Source: Octopus vulgaris
Lineage: Eukaryota
Assembly: GCA_951406725.2 (NCBI GenBank)
Contig: OX597822.1
Span: 97,836,001 to 97,900,000, forward strand
Direction: 5' to 3'
DNA length: 64,000 nucleotides
Shown here piece by piece: positions 52,660 through 64,000 of the stretch. The position numbers and the translations under genes were made by a program. Within the stretch, counting starts at the first letter, position 1. Each line of letters begins with the position of its first letter. Below the pieces are notes generated by a model. That model was not told where the DNA came from. It ran no database searches and was given only the letters and a program-made list of their open reading frames with translations.

Positions 52660-54046
52660 AAGTTATTTTTCCTCCTCTTGCAGTCTCAAAGTAAATTATT
52701 GTCTATCAGGAGTTGATCCTTGTTACACCTGCACTTACGATTGCAACCCTTCTGCTCATGTGGCAGGACTCCTTTGTTTTTCCAGATGTTCGTACATTGA
52801 CTCCAGTCAATAACTTCCACCTAAGTGGCAAACAAGATATCGGCCTGTAATTGCCTACCGCATTGCCTTTTTCGATGCTTTTCTGACACAGCACTGTCCT
52901 ACCCATTGTCAACCATTCTGGTGTTATTTGGTTGGCATTTAACAAGGTGTTGAGTTGCACAGCTATTCGTGCATGACATTCACCAAAACTTTTGATCCAG
53001 TGGCCTTGAACTCCATCTGGTCCCAGGTCTTCCAGTTGCTCATTTTTTGCTGATTTCCTTCACTTCCCCAACTGAAATGCCTAGTTCTGCCTGTTTTGGA
53101 CAGACTCCTATTTGTTTCAGTACTTGCAAACATTCAACATCCTTCTTGTGCTCCTTTTCTTTGCTCCAGATGTCACTCCAAAACCTTTGACTTTAAATAT
53201 TTCAACACCCTGTATTTTTGTTCGCTCTTAAGCTCCCCTTTCTCTTTTAGGTCTAACACAGAGATTTCCTTCGAGTACATGTGTAACCCTGCCTGAATTC
53301 TTCTTTTCCACCATGGATTTTTTTTTTCTCACTCCCATTATGTTTCTTTTTCTTGACATCAACACCACCCACGTTTTCCGCTACAACAATACTTGCTGCC
53401 TTGATCCAATTATTTGTTCCTGTGGTATTGTTCGTTCTGATGTATTTCAGAATTTCATTGACGTTTTTCGTTTCTTCGTTCAATTTCCATCGATCAACCT
53501 TTTTAAGGTTGCAAATAATGTCGCTGTCGTTCTCCTGTAGTCTTGCCTTTATTCTGTCGTAGATTCCCTTTTGTTCATCTGTCATGTCGCCATGAGATTA
53601 GTCTTATTAGTAAGAACTGTGTTTTCATTCTTGTCTCTGCTGCAAATTTTACATGAACCGTCTTTTGCTAGCTTCGAGCTCTACGTCTGTGAACCAACAA
53701 TTCTTTTTCTTATTGCTCTAGCTTGATCACATAGTCGCTGTTCCGTGAGTTGAAACTATCCCTTTTCTCTCCAATAATCATACATACGTTGTCGGTAACC
53801 CCTAATCTGAGCACCATTTTCATCTACCGGGCTACTCAGGCAGTAACTCTCCGTGCCCAAAGCATTAATTTGCTTGCTCCATCTACGCCGTGTGTGGTGG
53901 TCTCTTTCTGGATATCGACAGGCTGGAGCTGGACCAGAATCTCCGATCCTACCGGGTGTAACACTGTCACCATCATTGTTTTCAGTTTCATTACCACCGT
54001 TATTCACAATATTTTGTTTTTTCATTGTCACTCATATGAGGTAGCG
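52660..54046 (-). mobile_element. Decayed R4/Dong-like LINE, 5' portion, abutting (AAT)n
   Basis: N-terminal RRRWSK...RGYRQRMYDYW...EQRLCDQARAI; RT start [14 protein letters not shown]...[21 protein letters not shown]...DQLLID; Dong elements are known to target (TAA)n. Confidence 0.85.
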
Positions 54047-54082
54047 ATTATTATTATTATAATTATTATTATTATTATTATT

Positions 54083-54636
54083 GAGTGAGAGAGCAGTTCA
54101 TGCCATCAAAGTGACACTGGGGTAAAATATACGAAGCCCAATATACCCATCATGACTACCCGTCTGATAAGGGTACACCAGGCACATGCATCACAACCAT
54201 ATGTGCGCGACATGGTGATCTCATATCAAGATAAACAGCACATGACCTTGCAGGTGGGGCCCAGTTAGAATTTTCTTCAGGTTGAGTAGTCCATCCCGCT
54301 CAAAAGATTCCTGAATAAGGGTTGTTTAAGGATGTTGAAAGAACTACCCATGTTTCCAGAGGCGAATTATTCAAACCCCAAAGAATCCCTCTCAACACAT
54401 GGCTGTGATGCTCCCCCACTACTTCTGCTCGTGATCAGAGATGCACACATTGTCAGTCACTAAGGGACATGCTCAACTGGTTAAGGTCAAACAACTGACA
54501 AGCAAATCTGTGGTATTGAGCAGAATATTTGCTGTAGCCCATCTTTTATACCAAGACAAAACAATGTACATGATAACACTTCCAATCAGTTAAGATCAGA
54601 AGCCATGAGAGCCACTGCCTGGTACTGCATCAGGGC

Positions 54637-54638
<2 letters not shown>
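54083..54638 (-). mobile_element. 556-bp non-coding element embedded in (AAT)n
   Basis: Bounded by (ATT)n at 54047-54082 and 54639-54710; no ORF; strand inferred from the adjacent Dong-like element. Confidence 0.7.
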
Positions 54639-54711
<73 letters not shown>

Positions 54712-55052
54712 GCATGAAGTAAAATAAAATTGTACTTTTACGCATTTTGCTATTGGAATGTTTTCCTTTATTTAAGATATATAATTACTCCGAATGAATA
54801 TTTCAATTCAATTGCCTTCGGGTATATAAATTTCTTAGAGGTATGGTTTCTGTCAGACTCTGCACCAGGTAACTTTCAAAAAGGTTACTTTCCCAACGAC
54901 ATAATTTCTTTTTAAAATGCACCCTATATAAATTTTTAGCAATTGTGATTACATTTCCCTTTAGAAATATAATTTTTGTATTTTTTCTTGAAGAAAATTG
55001 CTTCTGATGGAAAGATCATTAGGGTGTCAGACAAAATTTTTAACCCGTTTGT

Positions 55053-55260
55053 ATTAGGTTGTCTGGAAAGTTATGAACGTTTTTTAATATGCAATAAGGG
55101 ATATAAATAATTTACCTTTCAATAAATTTTAGTCACTGAAATAATTTCCATTATTATTAATGACCTTTGTCTATTAATCAGGCAATTTAAATATTCCATC
55201 AGCATAAATTTGACACCATCTAAATCGTTAAATGTTTAACCTTGCAGTGAGTTCTATAGA
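55053..55260 (-). mobile_element. mariner 3' end remnant with TIR
   Basis: TA-TTAGGTTGTCTGGAAAGTT TIR; minus strand reads YADGIFKLPD**TKVINNNGNYFSD* (mariner C-terminus). Confidence 0.75.
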
Positions 55261-55454
55261 ACTCACCGTACAAACCAAGTAACACCCTCGGCAGATCGAT
55301 TTAAATATCTCCACTGACAACTGTGTCATTACTCGCGGTTTTAACACTATTTGCATACTATTTATATGTAGGTGCATCTACACATATTCGGACACACATA
55401 CACACACACATATGCACATATGTATACGGACAGACAGACAGATAGACAGATAGG

Positions 55455-55509
<55 letters not shown>

Positions 55510-55553
55510 GTAGATATATATGAAGGCATGTAAATATGTTGAAAAAACCCTCT

Positions 55554-55722
55554 TGCTTAGCAGCATTTTCGCCGTCTTTACGCTCTGAGTTCAAATTCTG
55601 CCGAGGTCGGCTTTGCATTTCATCCTTTAGGAGTCGATAAATTAAGTACCAGTTGTGTACTGGGGTCGACGTAATCGACTATCCCTTTCCCCGAAATTTC
55701 AGGCCTTGTGCCTATTGTAGAC
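55554..55722 (+). mobile_element. SINE family A, 5'-truncated
   Basis: Family A core and short tail. Confidence 0.88.
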
Positions 55723-55787
<65 letters not shown>

Positions 55788-55788
<1 letters not shown>

Positions 55789-55930
55789 TTATGTTTGACT
55801 TTTGCTTTATATTTGTACAAGTTGGCTCCAAGTCTTACCCAGAGACCTCAAGAGACAACAGGTTGGAAGTTCATGTTGTTGTTATGCCTAGTGTGCCATA
55901 TATTTGGGGGGTTTTGTTTTGGTGTTGTAC
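55788..55930 (-). mobile_element. Probable R4/Dong-type 3' end with (AAT)n tail
   Basis: Minus strand ...TTGAGGTCTCTGGGTAAGACTTGGAGCC...CAAACATAAA(AAT)n; family assignment from recalled similarity only. Confidence 0.55.
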
Positions 55931-56230
55931 TAATGAATGTCTAAAAAAAATTTTTTTTTTAAAAACCGAAAATTATGTTTGTTTTAAACCTTGAGATTAC
56001 ATAGAAAGTATTTTGCGTATTATTATTATTATTATTATGATTATTATTATTATTATTATTATTATTAGTAGTAGTAGTAGTAGTATTAGTAGAAGTCGTA
56101 AAGAGACGAGATTGTACAATCCTTACTGCGTTGAACAAAATGAAAAAAGTATTAAGAGAGAGTGAAGCCGCAGAACTGCAAATGTACACTTAGAAGTGCA
56201 GATGAAAACAACGCGTAAGCTAACAATTTC

Positions 56231-56264
<34 letters not shown>

Positions 56265-56858
56265 GCGCCATAAAAATGCTCAAGTAAAGAATGCAACAAA
56301 CCTGATAATATTTGATAAAACAAATAGGAGAAAATTCGTTACTGAGAAAACTGAATTAAATCGAAACATCTGTTCGGCGATCTGCCAATGTTCTGAAGGA
56401 AGGTTTTAACACATCACTATATCTGAGATTTTTTTCTGAGATAAAATAATACAACTAGTATTATTCCACATATGTATTCAGATTATAAATACCATACATA
56501 GCGGTAATTCAATATAAAGCTATCTGAAATGCATTTATTAATTTAATTCTATCCCGGCTAGCTTACGCACAAATCAGTATATGTTTTGTTTACTGATTTC
56601 TATATCAGCTCAATCATTTCCGATTTAGATGAGATAGTCCAGGATATTCGCCACAAGGAAGACAAAATCATGTAAAAAAAAAAAACTGTCTCGTGAGCCA
56701 CTGGTGTTATGAGCGAATCCCTTGCGGTTTTACAAACAAGTTTTTCTCTTTGAAGTTTTTCTCTCACACAAAATGTTGCCACTAGACCCTTCCACATTCG
56801 GATACACATTTCATACACCGATGAGTTAATCAAAGGTTGTTGCAACTGCGTATAGTCT

Positions 56859-56914
<56 letters not shown>

Positions 56915-57755
56915 TAAGTAAGCTGTTAGAAAAATAGCGAGAGAGAAGGAAGTGAAAATGGAAAGAGTCCTTTGCAGCTTGTTTAGAACAAGAAGTTCCT
57001 AAACATAACATATAATAATTTCTAGACCTTCACAGTATAATCTTTAGGAAGAAGGGATATTCAAATATGTTGATGCCCTTTTATAACGGACAGCACCGAT
57101 ATGACTGTGAAGATATCACCGATAGATTTTGAAACTTTACCGTTAGATTAATAATACTTCAGATAGGTATTTATTTTTGAGATTAGTTTAAATAAGTTAA
57201 GGAGCGCTTTGCCGAATGTCTAATGCACTAAAAATCTTAATTAATTAAAACTTTCCATTTTTTTTTTTGCAAAAGACCTCCTCCAAAATCAAATTAACAG
57301 CAGTAATTTTTCGCGATTCAGAAAGAAAAGAGGTGATAGTGTAAATAAATAAATAAAGAATTAATTTTATACAATTAATTATTTCTCTAAGTAGAGAAAA
57401 TAATTACGTGAGACCAATTTTGAAGTTTTTGAAATTATCTTCTTTGAGAATAACTAACGGTTTCACCTTGGGTTTTTTTTTCCTTTCTTCAACTAATATT
57501 GAATATATCAAGTAAATGAGAATGTTTTGAGTTCTGCACATGACATCTTCATTTAGATTATTGCCAACAGTTATCTTCAGTAATTTCCCTCGTCTCACGT
57601 TTTTAAATAATCAAATCATTAATGTATTACCTTTGGCATTGTTTTTTCTGGTCACCAGTCATCTATATCTATAGAATAGATATATTGTTTACGAATACTT
57701 TTTCTCTCCGTCAAATTTGCATCGTTCACTACTGCTTGAAATATTGCAGTACAAT

Positions 57756-57817
<62 letters not shown>

Positions 57818-57949
57818 ACACACACACACACTTACTTTGTTTTATTGAGTATTCTTGGTTATTTAATATAACCAATCAGAAAGTTGCAATTGCTTTCACT
57901 TGAAGATGCGAATATATCATACTGCACGACAATATAAAAATAACCGATA

Positions 57950-58410
57950 TATATATAATTCAAAGAAGAATACAGTGTACGTTCAAACACAAAAAAGAGA
58001 TACCCGAAGAATAGGATATCTGACTCGCTAGAAAGAGCAGTTAAAACTCCAAGCCACTAATTGTTGCAATTCCGAAAGTGATTGGAAAAATAAAAACTTT
58101 TACCTTAATCCTAGACCCTGCAAGGTTTCTGCAGACTTAAATACAGACTGAAAGAAAATAATTTCAGTCTATATCTGGCCCTGCTTCTTCAGCAGGTTGC
58201 CAGGACTGAACACATAGGCACGGAGCTTTAACTGCTCTTTCTAGCGAGTTAGATATCCTATTCTTCGGGTATCTCTTTTGTATTTGAACGCGCACTGTAT
58301 TCTTTTAAATAGTATATAGTCTATTGACTAATTTTTTCTTTCTCGCTAGACCGCTGGTAACTAAGAATTTTTCGATTAATATTCTTGCTACCCTAAGATT
58401 TTAATTAATG
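57950..58410. mobile_element. PLE-type repeat with inverted arms 57967-58050 / 58222-58303
   Basis: Arms are reverse complements; 58320-58410 is the reverse complement of the TTAGGGTAGC...ACCAGCGGTCTAG end seen at 19810 (similar end at 41560). Confidence 0.8.
58110..58196 (-). ncRNA. Type-I hammerhead ribozyme with extended stem II
   Basis: Minus strand: CCTG-CTGAAGA-A-GCAG...(AGACTGAAA/TTTCAGTCT hairpin)...CTGC-A-GAA-ACCT TGCA GGGT-C-TAGG; predicted cut after GUC; extra A before GAAA. Confidence 0.75.
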
Positions 58411-58525
58411 ATGAAATATATATATATATATATATATATATATGACCACTGCCCGAAGTCAGGACGCCATGATAGATTGTTAGCTCCTAAATGCATTTTT
58501 TCTCTCCTTTTTCTTTTTCTGTGTA

Positions 58526-58563
58526 TCTTTCTGTCGAAGAGCGTAGGCTCGAAACGTAAAAGA
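58526..58563 (+). ncRNA. Minimal type-I hammerhead motif, variant core CUGUCGA
   Basis: TCTTT-CTGTCGA-A-GAGC GTAG GCTC-GAAA-C GTA-AAAGA; perfect stems I and II, palindromic ACGT stem III. Confidence 0.75.
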
Positions 58564-58668
58564 CTTTTTCTATTCCTGAGCGCTATACTAATACATTTGT
58601 CTGTTTGTACTCCACCTGCCTTCGTCTTTTGTTTATTTTCGTAAACTTTGCCTTTATATATATATATG

Positions 58669-58888
58669 TAAGGTGGCGAGCTGGCAGAAGCGTTACCACG
58701 CCAGGCGAAATACTGAGCAGTATTTCGTCTGCCGTTACGTTCTGAGTTCAAATTCCGCCGAGGTTGACTTTGCATTTCATGCTTTCAGGGTCGATAAATT
58801 AAGTACCAGTTACGCACAGGGGTCGATGTAATCGACTTAATCCACTTGTCTGTTCTTGTTTGTCCGCTCTGTGTTTAGCCCCTTGTGG
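58669..58888 (+). mobile_element. SINE family A (long tail, clipped)
   Basis: AAGGTGGCGAGCTGGCAGAAG...TTTAGCCCCTTGTGG. Confidence 0.92.
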
Positions 58889-58913
58889 TATTTCGCCTGT
58901 CTTTACGTTTATA

Positions 58914-59300
58914 GGCGTAGGAGTGGCTGTGTGGTAAGTAGCTTGCTTACGAACCACATGATTCCGGGTTCAGTCCCTCTGCGTAGCACCTTGAGCAAGT
59001 GTCTTCTACTATAGCCTAGGGCCGACCAAAGCCTTGTGAGTAGATTTAGTAAACGGAAACTGAAAGAAGCCCGTCGTATATATGTATAAATATATATATA
59101 TATGTGTGTGTGTATGTATACGTTTGTGCGTCTCTGTTTGGCCCCCCAACATCGCTTGACAACCGCTGCTGGTGTGTTTACGTCCCCGTAACTTAGCGGT
59201 TCGGCAAAAGTGACCGATAGAATAAGTACTAGGCTTACAAAGAATAAGTCCTGGCGACAATTTGCTCGACTAAAGGCTGTGCTCCAGCATGGCCACAGTC
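58914..59300 (+). mobile_element. SINE family C
   Basis: Family C head and body. Confidence 0.94.
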
Positions 59301-59599
59301 ACACCTCCGAAATAAACTGTATTTCCCACACCAACATATACCCCTTCACACAAATTGTACCTCCACATATACACAGATCTCACATACACTCATAACTCAA
59401 CGCACACTAACATAACCCCACCCACGACTTTATTCTTTACAGAAAGTAAACAGATCAACGAACACAGCTGTATAAATTTACACCCCCAGAAAAAATTATA
59501 CACATGACATCGCTACACATACCACACAACCCATCCATACAGGAACACCACAATAATAATACACACTTTCCCCACTTCAAGATAACTCTTGCCGGCTTC

Positions 59600-62190
59600 A
59601 CAGCACACCCAACCAAGGTACATAACTCCTAAACTAATTCTTTGTCCCCTTTTTCGTTCCACCACCTTTTTCACAGCAACCGCTGACCGGTTACGCTAAT
59701 CCACCACTGACAATAGAGAGCAGTCGCCTGAATACAACAACGAGGATGAATCATTGTTTAAAAATAGAAGTAATTATCTTCCACCCAAAGGTAAGAATAA
59801 AACCCTAGATGACTTCTGCTCCCACAACCAAAATTTCCTAAATATTTTTCGTAAGCGAAAAGTTAATTCAGACCTCAACAATCTAGAATGGAAAAATCTA
59901 TTGGAATTACAAAACGACAAAGAACTGACAATTAAAGAAGCAGACAAAGGAAGCGTTCTAGTCCTGATGGACACAGAATGCTACAAAAACCTAGTATTAT
60001 CCATGGTAGAAAACGATATCCTCTACGAAAAAATTGTAAACTATATACAACAAAAACAATATAAAGCTTGCATCCTTAATAATTTTACATGGAAAAGACC
60101 TGACAGAAAAAAGTATATTATATCACGAACTTTAAATGTAAACCTAGTCATTTTACAGCCTACCTAAAATACACAAGAGCAAGATAGTTAATGAAGCCTG
60201 CAAGTAATCACCAGGCAAATACATAGATATCCAAGTGCCAGAAGACTTAAAGTTAAGACCCATTATAGCTGGCCCAGCCTGTGAAACCCACCGCGTAATC
60301 AATTTTCTAGACATACTACTGAAACCCTTGCTGAAATACATCAAAAGTTTCATTACAGACGATCTAGGCATACTAGAGTACTTACCAAAAACAATTAATG
60401 AAAAGGCATTATTGGTTTCCTTCGATGTTTTTAATCTTTACACCAGCATCCCACTTGACTACGAAATAGAAGCAATAAAAGTCTTGGTGGAAAAGTACCC
60501 TGAAGTGCTTCCGGAACGCATAAACCAGGTCTTTATTATTGGATCTTTAAAATTTACACTTTAGAACAATTACTTCCTATTTGATGACACCTACTATCGT
60601 CAAAAGTGCAGAATTGCGATGTGAACGAAAGCAGCCCCTGTTCTTGCGAACCTAATAATGGATTATTTTGAATTCACTATATATGAAGTGTCATTGCAAA
60701 AATATGGATATCCATTTTAATATGGATATCCATTTTATAATTATATAAGAGAGATACTGGAAAAGATAACTGGATAGCTGCTTTATCATTTGGAAGGAGG
60801 CCATTGGTAAGCTTTTGGAATTCAAATCAATATTAAATAATATAAACCTAATATTCAATTCACAATGGAATGTAGCAAAAAACAGTTCCCTTTCTTGGAT
60901 ATTATGATAAAAACAAGTCAATAACCAAATTATAAATAACATTTATCATAAACCAACAGACTCGAAGCAAGATCTCCTGTTTAGCTCATGCCACCCGAAA
61001 CACATAAAAAGGAATATCCTCTTTAATTTAGCAAAAAGGGTTTACATATTAGTGTCTGATAGAAATACTCGGGACCTTCGTCTTCAAAACTTCAGAACAA
61101 CACTAACTGAAAGACAAAATCCACCCTCACTTATAGACGATGGAATTAAGCGTGCTAAGAAATTAGATATTAAAACACTAAGGCCAACAAAACATAACAC
61201 CAAACCTCATCTCAAAACACTTCTGTATATATCAACTCACAACCCTAGAAGCAATGAGGCATACAATACTATTTTACAAAATCTACCTAAGCTCACTAAA
61301 GATCTAAAAATGGACACTATTCTGTAAACGCATAAATTAATGAAATGCAAAAAGCAACACAATTCGCTAAAAAGACTTCTAATAAATGCGAAGCTTTTCA
61401 CGACAAACAAAACCAACGGTTAAAAAATATGGACACCAAGACTGTGGCACATGCCCCTGCCTAGGCTCGGAATTCCTATACAAACAAGGAGAGAGGTTCA
61501 GAATTAAAACCAACTTGACTTGTGCTTCCGAGAATCTAATTTATGGTACAAATTGCTCGTTGTAGGGATAACTATATAGGACGGACAAGTATAAAACTGC
61601 GACGGAGAATCACACTACATAAGGAAAAGATCCGGTTCCCGCAATACAGACAGATTCCTTCGAGATTCCATAGAGTGATGTGCAGGTATATCCAACCAAG
61701 CTTCACAGTTTTCCCCATCAACCAGTGAAATGAAACATTTTCTATTCACGAACGTTTAAATAAAGAAAATTTGTCCATCGAAGAATACAGAAAACGTCTA
61801 AGTATGAACGCATAACCAACTTTGATCATAGTATATATTTTAGTTCATGATCTCATACCCAACACTGTACATATTTCATCTCATTACTTTAACTTTTGAG
61901 TTTTTGCATATATTTATTCACCCCATCTCCGAAAGATGAACAATTACTTCCTCTGTTCCCAATAAAAGCGATCATGTATTACCGGCCCTCAGATTTTTCT
62001 ACTTGTTGAATCATTCATTCATAAACTTCTCCACACACATGGATTAAAATCTTCTTAAGAAAATACGAAATTACATTAATTTCAATGTCATGATTAGCGA
62101 AAGCGAAACCGGTCGACAAACTCAATATAAAATGTACTTAAAAATATATTGAAGCATGTAAAGGGGCATTTTCTTTCTTTTATTTTATAC
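59600..62190 (+). mobile_element. Decayed Penelope-like element (RT + GIY-YIG), Neptune-like
   Basis: IKEADKGS, LPKIHK, LRPIIAG, VSFDVFNLYTSIP, RIAM*TKAAP, WKR*LDS (YxDD decayed), FPFLDI, YHKPTDS, Cys-rich linker CGTCP, NLIYG...YIGRT; 5' boundary uncertain. Confidence 0.93.
62086..62118 (+). ncRNA. Degenerate minimal hammerhead in the PLE 3' UTR
   Basis: TGTC-ATGATTA(for CTGATGA)-GC GAAA GC-GAAA-CCG GTC-GACA; stems intact, two core substitutions. Confidence 0.75.
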
Positions 62191-62283
62191 ATATATATTT
62201 TGCATTACAATTCACCACCTGGGGATAATCGAAATTCCTCCCTTTGTGTTATTATATATATGCATGTATACATACTTAAATGA

Positions 62284-62370
<87 letters not shown>

Positions 62371-62847
62371 TAAAAAGCTGCACAGGTAGACAAGAAAGGA
62401 ACATATGAAGAACATATAAGTTGTGGACACTCATCCTTCATCATTTATCGACCAAAGGTCTTTCCAATTTCATACCATTTTCGATAAGTTTATTCACGTT
62501 GGTGGCGTCAAAAAAAGCTGCTGGGATTTATGAGCAGACATAAAGGATACAACGAGACCAAGAAAAAACAGACAGTTTCTGAAGAACGAACGGTAAAATG
62601 AATAGAAATCGAAAAAGCAAAGGCAGTAACGAAAACATAAACAAATGACAAAAGTATTATTTTATATGTACGTAGGAGGCCTTTCGGCTGTACGACAGAA
62701 GTAGGATGAGACACGAACAATGAAAAATGACGCAAATGTTACTTTTACACACACACACGCACACACATGCACACACACACACTCACACCCACAAGTGTAT
62801 ATGCATACGCTCACATAGTTATATATTTGTATATGTATATATATTTG

Positions 62848-62899
<52 letters not shown>

Positions 62900-62928
62900 C
62901 ATATATATACATATATATACAAGCATAT

Positions 62929-63322
62929 AGGCGCAGGAGTGGCTGTGTGGTAAGTAGCTTGTTTGCCAACCACATGGTTCCGGGTTTAGTCCCACTGCGT
63001 GGCACCTTGGGCAAGTGTCTTCTACTAATAGCCTCGGGCCGACCAAAGCCTTGTGAGTGGATTTGGTAGACGGAAACTGAAAGAAGCCCGTCGTATATAT
63101 GTATATATATATTTATGTGTATGCGTGTGTGTCTGTGTTTGTCCCCCTAGAATTGCTTGACAACCGATGTTGGTGTGTTTATGTCCCCGTTATTTAGCGG
63201 TTCGGCAAAAGAGACCGATAGAATAAGTACTGGGCTTACAAATGTTGCTCGATTAAAGGCGGTGCTCCAGCATGGCCGCAGTCAAATGAGTGAAACAAGT
63301 AAAAGAGTAAAAGAGAGAAAAG
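62929..63322 (+). mobile_element. SINE family C, full length
   Basis: Family C head to GAAACAAGTAAAAGAGTAAAAGAG tail. Confidence 0.95.
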
Positions 63323-63323
63323 A

Positions 63324-63377
<54 letters not shown>

Positions 63378-63486
63378 TTATGTATGTATGTATGTATGTA
63401 TGTATGTATGCATGTATGTATGTATGTATGTAATATGTATGTATGTGTGTATGTATGTATGCATACACGTACGTATGTATGTATGT

Positions 63487-63955
63487 ATGCATGCACGTGT
63501 ATATATTTCGATGGTGTATATCATGGCGTAAGATATATACATGTGTATATATCTCTACATATGTAGTGATATATACACATGTATAGATGAATGTAGAAAT
63601 ATATGTATACAAACGCACAAATACATACATACGTATATACGTAGAAGTAAACACATAAAGTATCCACATATGAGTACGTACACCTCTGTACATGCACAAG
63701 TACACACAAATACGTACATACACTCACGCAAAGGAACAAACGGAAGGAAAAGACAATCAGCGCTCCCGCTTTAATACTAAAAAATGTGTAATATATACGT
63801 GTGTAAATGCAAGAATAATGAGGGTATGTGTGTGGCTAGATACAGAAGAAATACGCCACGAAACTTCGCCCGAAATCTTTGGCTTTGTACTTTTCTTGCC
63901 GCTGAAAACCTTATACCATGATATACACCATCGAAATATATACACGTGCATGCAT
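63487..63955. repeat. 40-bp perfect inverted repeat (63487-63526 / 63916-63955) extended by (TATG)n/(CATA)n
   Basis: ATGCATGCACGTGTATATATTTCGATGGTGTATATCATGG and its reverse complement. Confidence 0.9.
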
Positions 63956-64000
63956 TCATAGATACATACATACATACATACATACATACATACATACATA

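Overview
AT-rich, repeat-saturated eukaryotic non-coding DNA, most likely intergenic or intronic sequence from an octopus (coleoid cephalopod). This is inferred from four tRNA-derived SINE families resembling the Octopus OK/OR1/OR2-type SINEs and from dense (TA)n/(CA)n/(TATC)n/(AAT)n microsatellites. I find no supportable host gene; nearly all ORFs in the track are microsatellite or SINE artefacts. Recognisable content: about 40 SINE copies (many with target-site duplications, TSDs), a near-intact and several decayed Tc1/mariner elements, a mini-Helitron, four copies of a TTAGGG-carrying MITE (8-bp TSD), decayed RTE, CR1-like and R4/Dong-like LINEs, and a decayed Penelope-like element (PLE). 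The most interesting layer is RNA structure. At least eight type-I hammerhead ribozyme motifs, from intact to decayed, sit in PLE-type repeats, including a short (TA)n-associated family with a recurrent non-canonical CUGUCGA core. There is also an unusual density of long fold-back inverted repeats. Coordinates were read by eye; boundaries of decayed elements are approximate.
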